A stretch of 64,000 nt of DNA from Chlamydiales bacterium (lineage in GTDB: Bacteria > Chlamydiota > Chlamydiia > Chlamydiales > JAAKFR01), in assembly GCA_022601535.1 (NCBI GenBank), contig JAJACK010000001.1, positions 441,085-505,084 of the forward strand, read 5' to 3'. The notes under the pieces were generated by a model. That model did no database searches. It was not told where the DNA came from and saw only the letters and a program-made list of their open reading frames with translations. Of the stretch, positions 36,333 through 46,036 are shown piece by piece. A program made the position numbers and the translations under genes. Numbering within the stretch: position 1 is the stretch's first letter; each line of letters opens with the position of its first letter.

Positions 36333-38926
36333 GATTTGTACTGAGAGGGGTTTGTATAAATTCCCCACTCCTCTTTTGACTCCCCATTGAGGTAGTGATT
36401 CCAAATTGTCAATGGTTTGCCCATGCATCCAAGCTCATCAAAGATCCAAAGTTCAAGCTTTTGAGTTGCAGGACCAACAATAAACCCGAACCGTTTTTTC
36501 ACCCAATTTGTATCTCCAAAAATCACAGGAGCGGGGTAGGCAAAGTGAAGCTTTTGCAGTGCTTTTAAAAGCTTTTGAGGATAGCAAATCGCTGTTTGAT
36601 CTCTCTTCAATGAAAGGCGGAGAAGTGTTTGCGCACTTTCTCTCAATTCTTGAGCTGTCACCATTGTGTGCTTTTTTACTTTAAGTTCACCTAAATATGA
36701 AAGTGCTTCTTGCTCATCTATTTCATCAAAGAGGCGGTGTAAACGTCTCTCTAAATCGCTCTCTCCAAAAAGGGGAAGGGAGCTATAGAGGAGTTGATCT
36801 ACGATCTCTCCGAACTGTTGAAAGCTCCCTCTCAACCCCTTTTCATGACTCAAAAAGCGCATCACTCCCTCCCGAAAGTGGGATGGTGTCACTGTTGAGG
36901 GAAGTTTTTGTACGCTCTGTTTCATCACGGAGTGATAGATTTTTGGGACGTAATAAAGAAGCTTATCGACCAATGTCTCCATCATCTGATGATCGAGTTT
37001 TGTCTGTTCAAGAAATGCTTCCCCAGGAACAATCCACCGGTCACGCACCCACGTATAGGTGTACGCGTCGGTCTCCCACCCTTTTCTAAACACTTCGTAG
37101 CCTGGTTTGAGTAAAAAGGCGTGCGTTGGGGAGAAGGCGAGGAGCGATTTTTCCCCATCTTGTGTAAATGACTGTTGCGTGCTCAGTCGAAGATCCTTCA
37201 ACGTATCGAGGTAGAAAGCGAGAAGCTCAGATGTATTTTCAACCCACCGTTTTTCAATCACAAGCGGCTCACTTCTTCCGTAGTAACAACTTGTAAGAGT
37301 TCCCATCGTTCCTCCTGAAATATACGCCCACGGTTTCCTCTTTCTCGACACAGGTTCGTTGTATGCTCTGGCAAGCCGCTCATACGCCTTTTCAAGGAAA
37401 TGGTCTCTTTTGATCGTTGTCACAATCGCTGTAATCAATTCAGTGAGCTCTTTTTCTAACCCTTTCATCGCTTCAAGCGCGACGAGTTCTCCTTCTGTGG
37501 CGATGAAAAATGCACTGAGCGCATCGATGAATTCCCGTTCATTATGAATCGATGTCCAAACAGCTGTATTGATCCGTCCATATTTATACATCAACCGAAA
37601 TCCAGCAGGGCTATCATCGTGAATATCTGTTGTAAGCTCATGCATTTCTGCGTCATATACTTCTTGAAAATAGTCTGTGAATTTTTCTAAGTAAAATTCG
37701 ATCAAAAATTTGTAGAGGGAAGCAATTTTTCTCCCTTTATTTTGAAGCGCCTCTTGTTCACTGACAACTCGGTGGAGCTCATGTTTCCGTGTTTGATATT
37801 CAGCTCTTATCCAACTCACTTCCCTTTCGGTTCGAAGACTTCGGATCCGCCCTTCGAGCATCTTGACCTGTGCATAGGCGTGATCATAGCGAGACCCAAG
37901 GCTTGCAAGCTCATCATTGATTTGGTCGAGTTTTTCATGGATCCTCTCAAGAAGAGCCTCTCCAATTCCACCCGGTTGTTCTGGCTTTACACCTAAACTT
38001 GCATAGAGATTCCATTTGGTAAAATCAGCTTTCACTTCTGCAAAAGAGGCCAGGGTGTATTCCCACGCTTTGAGAAGGGCATTTTCTGTCATCGATTTAA
38101 ATGCTTCTTTTGCAAGAATATGCAATGTCTTTGCTGTTGGGGGAATCACTGCCTGTATGACAGCATCAGGGGTAAGTGTAAGAAAGGGTTTCTCTTTGAG
38201 ATCAACAAGCCTGCTCTCTTTTAAGAGTGTCTCTACCGGTTTTTTGAGCCCTGCGGCTTTGAAGGCTGCTTTTAACCCAGGAGCTTTTGCCAACACTTTG
38301 AGTGGATCCTTTCCTAAAAAAAAGGGATAGAAAGGGAAATAGAGGTTACCGGTCCCACTTGTCACACTTAAAGGGACGGTGTGCTCAACTCCTTCGATCG
38401 TCCGCTTCAATGCTCCAATGGCAAAGAGCTGAGCGATGTCTGCGAGAAAATGAAGCGGCTGCTCTTGCTGAATCATGATCGCTGGAGCTGTTGCAAAACA
38501 AGATCCGATGTTTTGCCGAAGAGAGGTTAAAAGTGCAAAGAGAGCTGCTGCTTTTGCATGTTTATCGGTTAGACGGGTCGATTTGGGGAGTAAAAGGGTT
38601 TGCAAAATGAGCTGTTTTGCCCCTTCGTGTCGAACAGGGGCTCGCACTTTTTGCAATGCACTTCTCATCTCTTTATTTTCATGGAAAGCTTCGAGAGTCT
38701 TTAAAAGATGTTCCATCCTAGGAGCATCACTCTCTCTTCCTGAAAGAAGGGAGTAGAGCTTCCCTTTCAAACCATCGATCTCTTCGGAAAGAATATTTTG
38801 ATCAATCTCCCCTTTTCCATTTAGCAACTTTAAACTGAGCTCTCGAGCAGTCGAGACATTCCGCCAAGCCCAGCTCTCTTGGATCTTGGTTTGATCAAAA
38901 GCATCTGAAAGATCTTTTCCCTTCAT
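36329..38926 (-). CDS. Large hypothetical protein (865 aa) with papain-like Cys and His motifs
   Basis: The ORF is long and has no internal stops. Its start overlaps the upstream stop as ATGA (38923-38926). Motifs are LRQNIGSCFATAPAI (Cys143, codon 38498-38500), LAFSPTHAFLLKPGY (His602, codon 37121-37123), then VRDRW (Asp629) and FGDTNW (Asp805/Asn807). Confidence 0.6.
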   Translation of the reverse strand: MKGKDLSDAFDQTKIQESWAWRNVSTARELSLKLLNGKGEIDQNILSEEIDGLKGKLYSLLSGRESDAPRMEHLLKTLEAFHENKEMRSALQKVRAPVRHEGAKQLILQTLLLPKSTRLTDKHAKAAALFALLTSLRQNIGSCFATAPAIMIQQEQPLHFLADIAQLFAIGALKRTIEGVEHTVPLSVTSGTGNLYFPFYPFFLGKDPLKVLAKAPGLKAAFKAAGLKKPVETLLKESRLVDLKEKPFLTLTPDAVIQAVIPPTAKTLHILAKEAFKSMTENALLKAWEYTLASFAEVKADFTKWNLYASLGVKPEQPGGIGEALLERIHEKLDQINDELASLGSRYDHAYAQVKMLEGRIRSLRTEREVSWIRAEYQTRKHELHRVVSEQEALQNKGRKIASLYKFLIEFYLEKFTDYFQEVYDAEMHELTTDIHDDSPAGFRLMYKYGRINTAVWTSIHNEREFIDALSAFFIATEGELVALEAMKGLEKELTELITAIVTTIKRDHFLEKAYERLARAYNEPVSRKRKPWAYISGGTMGTLTSCYYGRSEPLVIEKRWVENTSELLAFYLDTLKDLRLSTQQSFTQDGEKSLLAFSPTHAFLLKPGYEVFRKGWETDAYTYTWVRDRWIVPGEAFLEQTKLDHQMMETLVDKLLYYVPKIYHSVMKQSVQKLPSTVTPSHFREGVMRFLSHEKGLRGSFQQFGEIVDQLLYSSLPLFGESDLERRLHRLFDEIDEQEALSYLGELKVKKHTMVTAQELRESAQTLLRLSLKRDQTAICYPQKLLKALQKLHFAYPAPVIFGDTNWVKKRFGFIVGPATQKLELWIFDELGCMGKPLTIWNHYLNGESKEEWGIYTNPSQYKS

Positions 38927-40800
38927 AAAATCTCAATCGCCATGATCACCACTTCATCTTCTTGCGTTTCATTCGAAGTAAATTGGGTAAATTCAGATGT
39001 AAAGCCATTGACAACTTCGTCTACTGTCTCCCATTTTCGGTGTTGCAAAAGATCTTTGATCCGTTCTTGCGAGAAGTATTGGTGACGTTCATTTTCTCCA
39101 TCGATCAACCCTTTTGTATAAAAGAGAATGAGATCTCCTTTCTCTAGCTCGATTTCATCTGCTCGATACCCTTCAGATTCAAGAAGGCCAAGTGCCATTC
39201 CTTTATGCTCTAGAGTGATCAATGTCCCATTTTTTTTCCGCACAATCCCAGGCACATGTCCGCAAGAATAATAGCTCAACTTCCCTGTTTTGGGAAAGTA
39301 GAGCCCCATCAATGCTGTGACAAACATCCCACTGTCCCCTGTATCTTGCAAAAAGGCATCATTTGTCATAGAGCAAATGGTTTCCACTTTGTCGTACTGA
39401 GTTGCGTAGCTCCGCATCAAGCTCCGTGCAGCTAGAGCAAAGATACAAGAAGAGATCCCTTTTCCAGAGGCATCTCCGACGACAAACCAAATTGCATCAT
39501 CCCCTTGTTTTTCGATACAGTAGAAGTCTCCTCCCACCTCCTTAGCAGGAAGATAGCGGGTTGCAATAGAAAGAGCCTCTACTCCATCTGTTGTTGCTGA
39601 GAGAAGGTTTTCTTGAACCTCTCTTCCAAGCTCGAGCTCTTTTTGGTATGTCATCCGCGCGACATGCTCATCTTCAGCTCGCTTCATATTGAGAAGAAGC
39701 GCTTCGAGAGTTGTGTTGTATCGATGTCCTAAAAGATTGATCTCTGATCCAAATGTTTGTGGGATAAACCGCCCGGTGTAATCTCCCTTTTTTGCTTGCT
39801 CCATCAACGTACTGATCTGCCGAAGGGGGCGGGAGATCCAAAGAGAGAGGAAATAGGCCAAAATAGCCCCACAGATGACATAGAGGGTGAAGTTGACATA
39901 GAAGATGATCAAATGTTTGAGTGAGGCTTGCAGAAATTGTTTTTTAGGAGCAAATGTTATAAGAGAAAACCCATTTTCTGGCCGATCGACTCGGTAGGCA
40001 ATGTAGTGCTCTTTTCCAAACATAAAATCGGAAAACCCTTCGGGAGATTTAACCGTTTCTAAAGGTGCATTGGCAAGCTTGATCTGTCCAAGATGTTCTG
40101 AATGGATAATTTCTTCCCGATCTTGTTCAGAGAGGGGATCAAAATAATTTCCCATCAAATCGTGTTTCGAAGAGTCGATAATACTCCCTTTCTCTCCCAA
40201 AAGAGCAAACTCGATCCCAACATCTCTCTTCGAATCGAGCAGCCGGTCTAATCCCTCTTTGACAAGGGAAAAAGCGAATAATACCGCTGTTGGAACTTCA
40301 TTTTTTTTAATCACTTCCCCTTCGACATAAGTGAGCTCTTGTTTTTCTAACGACGGTTTGAGGTAGCGGAAAAAGCTGCCGTATCCCCTGGAGATAAGCG
40401 TTTGCAGCTTGTAGCTATTTGGGATCTCTCGCCCAACCCAATCGGGATCACTTGCACTGATTACCTTGAAAGAGTCTGAAGGGGTTGAAGGAATTTCTAA
40501 GACGTAGAATAAAACTTGGACAATGTCACTCAAATCTTTGAGAGAGCGAGTCGTTTTTTCATCCACCCCCTCACTTAGATTTAAAAAATAGCTCGTATCT
40601 CTTAGAAATGTTTCGGGGACAGGAGCAAGCTCTGTGATTGTGATTGCTCGGTACTCTGTCGTCTCTTTCAAATCCCCTCGTGCTCGTTCGATCGATTCTG
40701 AAAAGGAACGGTGGAAAAAAAAGAATGAGTTGATCAGAAGGGGAACGGCAATCACAAGATAGTGGAAACAAAAAACACGGAGTGCAAACGATTTTCTCAT
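38923..40800 (-). CDS. RsbU-like membrane sensor with HAMP and PP2C/SpoIIE domain; one metal-binding motif is degenerate (putative pseudo-phosphatase)
   Basis: 625 aa with the layout TM, ~270-aa extracytoplasmic domain, TM, HAMP (RPLRQISTLMEQAKKGDYTGRF). The PP2C blocks are VGGDFYCIE and VVGDASGKG. The third block reads FYTKGLIDGE (Lys563, codon 39112-39114) where the paralogue has LYSDGVTEA. The last block reads QEDEVVIMAI versus QHDDITMLVM. Confidence 0.75.
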   Translation of the reverse strand: MRKSFALRVFCFHYLVIAVPLLINSFFFFHRSFSESIERARGDLKETTEYRAITITELAPVPETFLRDTSYFLNLSEGVDEKTTRSLKDLSDIVQVLFYVLEIPSTPSDSFKVISASDPDWVGREIPNSYKLQTLISRGYGSFFRYLKPSLEKQELTYVEGEVIKKNEVPTAVLFAFSLVKEGLDRLLDSKRDVGIEFALLGEKGSIIDSSKHDLMGNYFDPLSEQDREEIIHSEHLGQIKLANAPLETVKSPEGFSDFMFGKEHYIAYRVDRPENGFSLITFAPKKQFLQASLKHLIIFYVNFTLYVICGAILAYFLSLWISRPLRQISTLMEQAKKGDYTGRFIPQTFGSEINLLGHRYNTTLEALLLNMKRAEDEHVARMTYQKELELGREVQENLLSATTDGVEALSIATRYLPAKEVGGDFYCIEKQGDDAIWFVVGDASGKGISSCIFALAARSLMRSYATQYDKVETICSMTNDAFLQDTGDSGMFVTALMGLYFPKTGKLSYYSCGHVPGIVRKKNGTLITLEHKGMALGLLESEGYRADEIELEKGDLILFYTKGLIDGENERHQYFSQERIKDLLQHRKWETVDEVVNGFTSEFTQFTSNETQEDEVVIMAIEIL

Positions 40801-42704
40801 ATGACCTTCATCACCAACATTGTAATATCATCGTGTTGTTTTGCTACACCCGAAAAAAGGGCGAGATCAGCTAAGAGTCGCTCGATAAACTCTTCTGCAG
40901 AGCGGTGTGCCTCTTGCTCGACAAACTTCAACAACCGGGCATCTCCAAATAATTCATTTTCTGGGTTGTGTGCTTCTGTGACACCATCGCTGTAGAGAAC
41001 GATCAAATCGCCCACATCTAGTTGGATATGGCGCATTTTCTCTACACGTTCCTTGTGTAAAACTCCCATCGGCATGTCGAGAAAATCTAAAGTGTGGACC
41101 GATTTATCTTTTTTCCGATAGTGAATCACCGGAGTGTGTCCAGATGAGTAGTAAGAAAAATCGCGTGTGTGTGGATCGTATTCAGCAATAAGCACAGTGA
41201 CAAACATCCCTGAATCACCTGTGTCTTGGCAAAAAAGATTGTTGGTCAGAAGAGAGACCGTTGCCATATCGTCATCATTTTTCGCATAGGTGCGGAGCAT
41301 ATTTTTCAAGCTGAGTGAGTAACAACACGCCTTCACCCCTTTACCAGAAGCATCCGCAACACTTAAAACAAGCTTCCCATTCTCTTTGACGTAAGCATCG
41401 AAAAAATCTCCTCCAACCTCGATTGCAGGGACAAATGCTTGTGCCAAATCAACACTCGCTATTTTTGGCAATGTTTGGGGGAGAAGGCTCCGTTGCACTT
41501 TTTGCCCCAGGCGGAGCTCTTTTGAAATCAACTCTTTGATCGTTCTCTCTTCTTCAGCTTTTTTCTCCTTATCGATCAAATTATCGACCATTTCATTGAA
41601 GACATTCCCAAATAAATTGATCTCAAAACCGAGAGGATCGGGAGTGTAACGCTTTTTCAAATCTCCCTTTTCAATCGACTCCATGACAACAGAGAGCTTC
41701 CCAATCGGCCTTGTCAAGCGGATGGTTCCGAAGATTGCAATCACAAACCCAATAGAAAACACAACGAGGTAGCTCATGTAATTCCATAAAAATGCATAGA
41801 AAGGAGCACCGATCACATCATCGACGCAGGCGTAGACCAAAAGAGAAAGATCGGTTCCAGGGAGCGCTTTTACAAGACCGATGTGTTCCTTCTCTTCCCA
41901 CTTGAAATCGATATAGGGGCGGTTAGAGCTCTTCTCTAATTTGATCGACCCTTTGAGTGGCTCCCCCCCTTGTTCGATCTCTTGAAACTCCTTTAATTCA
42001 AGGGGAGAAAGGTCGTGGAAGTCGTGGTAGAGAAGATCTGGTTTTGAGGCAGCTAAAACCACAGAAGAGGGGAGAAGAAGGGCAAAATTTGTTTCAAAAG
42101 GTTGAGCATCAGCACGGAGAAGGAAATCAATCTCCTTATCCATATCGATAAAAACAGAAATCAGACCGATTGGAATTCCACCAGCATCATAAATCCCTCG
42201 TGTTTGGACAAAAAGAGGAGACCCTTTCTCATCCCCCTCGATAAAAGAGAGGACATACCCCCGGTGGCGTGCCTTGAGTGAGTAAGGGTCTGGGTAATCA
42301 AACTCTTCTGTCACATCTTTTCCCCGGTATTTTTCAAGGTTTGAGCCGACAGAGATATACCGGTCGTCTTCCGATCGTTTTGCAATCACAATCCCCTCAT
42401 AGTGATTGATCAAAGCGAGCTCTTCTAACCTCTTATCAAAGGTGGGACTCTCCTCTTTTAACCCCTCACCGAGCTTCATAAAATAGACCAACATCGAAAA
42501 CATCTTATCAATATTTTCTTGAAACTCGATAAAAGGAAGAGTTCGTCTCGTCAATTCATCCCCTAAATGTTTCTTTGTCCTCTCTAAAACCCTCTCATAA
42601 CGTTTGTCTAAGAAAATAAAAGCATCCACTAAAAGGGGAGTTGCAAGTAGAATGAACGTAATGCAAAGTAAGCGAAACCCAAGCGATTTTCTAAAAGGAA
42701 TCAT
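40797..42704 (-). CDS. rsbU: RsbU-type membrane sensor serine phosphatase (periplasmic sensor, HAMP, PP2C/SpoIIE)
   Basis: 635 aa with two TM helices flanking a ~270-aa domain. The HAMP segment is RPIGKLSVVMESIEKGDLKKRY. All canonical PP2C blocks are present: VGGDFFDAY, SVADASGKG, LYSDGVTEA and QHDDITMLVMK. Confidence 0.85.
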   Translation of the reverse strand: MIPFRKSLGFRLLCITFILLATPLLVDAFIFLDKRYERVLERTKKHLGDELTRRTLPFIEFQENIDKMFSMLVYFMKLGEGLKEESPTFDKRLEELALINHYEGIVIAKRSEDDRYISVGSNLEKYRGKDVTEEFDYPDPYSLKARHRGYVLSFIEGDEKGSPLFVQTRGIYDAGGIPIGLISVFIDMDKEIDFLLRADAQPFETNFALLLPSSVVLAASKPDLLYHDFHDLSPLELKEFQEIEQGGEPLKGSIKLEKSSNRPYIDFKWEEKEHIGLVKALPGTDLSLLVYACVDDVIGAPFYAFLWNYMSYLVVFSIGFVIAIFGTIRLTRPIGKLSVVMESIEKGDLKKRYTPDPLGFEINLFGNVFNEMVDNLIDKEKKAEEERTIKELISKELRLGQKVQRSLLPQTLPKIASVDLAQAFVPAIEVGGDFFDAYVKENGKLVLSVADASGKGVKACCYSLSLKNMLRTYAKNDDDMATVSLLTNNLFCQDTGDSGMFVTVLIAEYDPHTRDFSYYSSGHTPVIHYRKKDKSVHTLDFLDMPMGVLHKERVEKMRHIQLDVGDLIVLYSDGVTEAHNPENELFGDARLLKFVEQEAHRSAEEFIERLLADLALFSGVAKQHDDITMLVMKVI

Positions 42705-42723
42705 ATCCCTCTATTCTTAAGTT

Positions 42724-43410
42724 GTGACAATTAAAATCTCAAGCGTTCATCACCCTCTTGTCAAACATTTTGTTAAACTGAGGAAAAGCCGTTCCTATAG
42801 AGAGGAGAATGCCTCTGTTTTGCTTATGGGAAATAAAATCGTTCAAGAAGTGATGGAACAGACACCCCCCAAAGCACTTTTTACACGAGAAAATGTGACT
42901 GAAAGCATCTTAAAAAAAGTGACTGGACTCCCTGCTCCAGAAGAGATGGTTGCCGAGTTCCCCATGCCTCAAAAATCTTCTGTTGAAAACCTCCCCTCCC
43001 TTCTTGTTCTCGATGAAGTGTCAGACCCAGGCAATCTCGGCACCCTTCTTCGAACAGCCTTAGCCCTCTCTTTTGGAGGAGCGTTCTTTCTCAATGGATG
43101 TGCAGACCCTTTCAATGATAAAGCGTTGCGAGCTTCTAGAGCTGCTCTCTTTAAGCTCCCTTGGAATCAGGGAAATTTTGAAGACCTTCTCTCCATTTCA
43201 AGTGGCTTTACACCTTTAGTTGCCGATCTTGAAGGAGCCCCGCTCAATACATTAGAGCGGCCTACTCGCCCTCTTTTAGTGTTAAGCAATGAAGCAAGAG
43301 GCCCTTCAGACCAAATGGAACATTTTGGACAAAAAGTGACAATCCCCATCGCAAATATGGAATCTTTAAACGTTGCCACAGCTGGCGGCATATTGATGTA
43401 TACACTATGA
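42724..43410 (+). CDS. TrmH/SpoU-family RNA 2'-O-methyltransferase
   Basis: 228 aa with a GTG start. SPOUT motifs are LVLDEVSDPGNLGTLLRTA, LVLSNEARGPS and IPIANMESLNVATAGGILMY. Confidence 0.8.
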   Translation: MTIKISSVHHPLVKHFVKLRKSRSYREENASVLLMGNKIVQEVMEQTPPKALFTRENVTESILKKVTGLPAPEEMVAEFPMPQKSSVENLPSLLVLDEVSDPGNLGTLLRTALALSFGGAFFLNGCADPFNDKALRASRAALFKLPWNQGNFEDLLSISSGFTPLVADLEGAPLNTLERPTRPLLVLSNEARGPSDQMEHFGQKVTIPIANMESLNVATAGGILMYTL

Positions 43411-44288
43411 AAAAAGAAGAGCTCCCAGAAGGACGTGTTCTATCGGTCTTCCCCGAAGAGATTATCGTCGATTACAAAAAAGAGAAAATTCCCTGTGTGA
43501 TCAGAGGAGCGCTCAAAAAAACTGTCACACAGACAAGTACACTCATCGCTGTTGGAGATCGTGTTCTTTTCGACCTTGAGAAGAGGACGGTCGAAAGTGT
43601 GATTCCTCGCCATTCCACCCTCTCCCGCGTACGGAAGGAGAAAGAGCAGATCATCGCTGCCAATGTTGACCAAGTCCTCATTACAACCTCTATCTCCCAA
43701 CCTCCCCTTAAACCTGCTCTTATCGACCGTTACATCATCGCCACCTATAAAGGGAAAATGGAGCCGATCATTGTGATCAACAAGATCGATCTGCTCGAAG
43801 AAACGAGCTACTACAAACACGTTGTCAAACTCTACCACACCCTTGGAATCCCCGTTATTCCTATCAGTGTTGAGACAAAAAAAGGACTTCCCACCTTGAA
43901 AAAAGCGATGAAAGGGAAAACCTCTGTTTTTTCAGGACAATCAGGGGTAGGCAAATCATCTCTCATCAATCTTTTAGCCGATTTATCCCTTCGAACTGGG
44001 GAGGTGAGGGGAAAAGGAATTCACACCACAACACGCACCTCTCTTTTCCCCCTCCCCTTTGGAGGGTATTGCATCGACACACCAGGGATCCGCAGCTTCG
44101 GCGTGTGGGATCTCAGGCGGGAAGATCTCATCGACTACTTCCCTGAAATCACACAACTTGCACAAGGGTGCAAATATCCCAATTGCACACACACACACGA
44201 ACCCTCTTGCGCTGTGAAAGAAGGGGAAATCGACCCGATCCGGTACCAATCCTTCCTCAAATTACAAACTGAAATAAGTCGACTATAA
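43407..44288 (+). CDS. rsgA: Ribosome small-subunit-dependent GTPase A
   Basis: 293 aa with permuted GTPase motifs: ANVDQVLI, INKIDLL and GQSGVGKSSLINLL. The C-terminal zinc knuckle is CKYPNCTHTHEPSCAV. The start overlaps the upstream gene as ATGA. Confidence 0.9.
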   Translation: MKKEELPEGRVLSVFPEEIIVDYKKEKIPCVIRGALKKTVTQTSTLIAVGDRVLFDLEKRTVESVIPRHSTLSRVRKEKEQIIAANVDQVLITTSISQPPLKPALIDRYIIATYKGKMEPIIVINKIDLLEETSYYKHVVKLYHTLGIPVIPISVETKKGLPTLKKAMKGKTSVFSGQSGVGKSSLINLLADLSLRTGEVRGKGIHTTTRTSLFPLPFGGYCIDTPGIRSFGVWDLRREDLIDYFPEITQLAQGCKYPNCTHTHEPSCAVKEGEIDPIRYQSFLKLQTEISRL

Positions 44289-44296
44289 GTTTTTGA

Positions 44297-45586
<1,290 letters not shown>

Positions 45587-45649
45587 ATAACTTACATTAA
45601 TTTTCCCCTGTAATTCTCGATATGGTATACTGAACGTAGGGGGAAGAGT

Positions 45650-46036
45650 ATGGACCATTGTGTGGCTCTATTTGGGGAAGCAGAAAAAGGAGAGTATAAT
45701 GCGGCTTATTACTGCCAAACACTCGATCAACTTTCTCATTTTTTAGGAGAACCGCCTCACGATGATGCAAAAGGGCTTCGACTTGCCATTCAAAGCATTT
45801 TATATCAATATCATATAGTCTATTTTAGGGTGCAAGAAGAAGGATTTAGCACTCAGGATTATCTGCGGGGTCTTTCGATTTTAGAAGAGAAAGAACTTTT
45901 CCCCAATCTCCATGCACTTTGCCTTCCAGGAGTAGGCGATCGAAAGATCATCGAGGCGACCGATCCGATTTGCGCGATCTACAACAGTCTTCTTGTGATG
46001 AATGAAAAAGACCTCTATGACTATCTAACCAATTGA
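45650..46036 (+). CDS. Small hypothetical protein (128 aa)
   Basis: The ORF has an ATG start and a compact, non-repetitive sequence with no known motif securely recognised. See the findings for a weak resemblance noted by eye. Confidence 0.45.
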   Translation: MDHCVALFGEAEKGEYNAAYYCQTLDQLSHFLGEPPHDDAKGLRLAIQSILYQYHIVYFRVQEEGFSTQDYLRGLSILEEKELFPNLHALCLPGVGDRKIIEATDPICAIYNSLLVMNEKDLYDYLTN

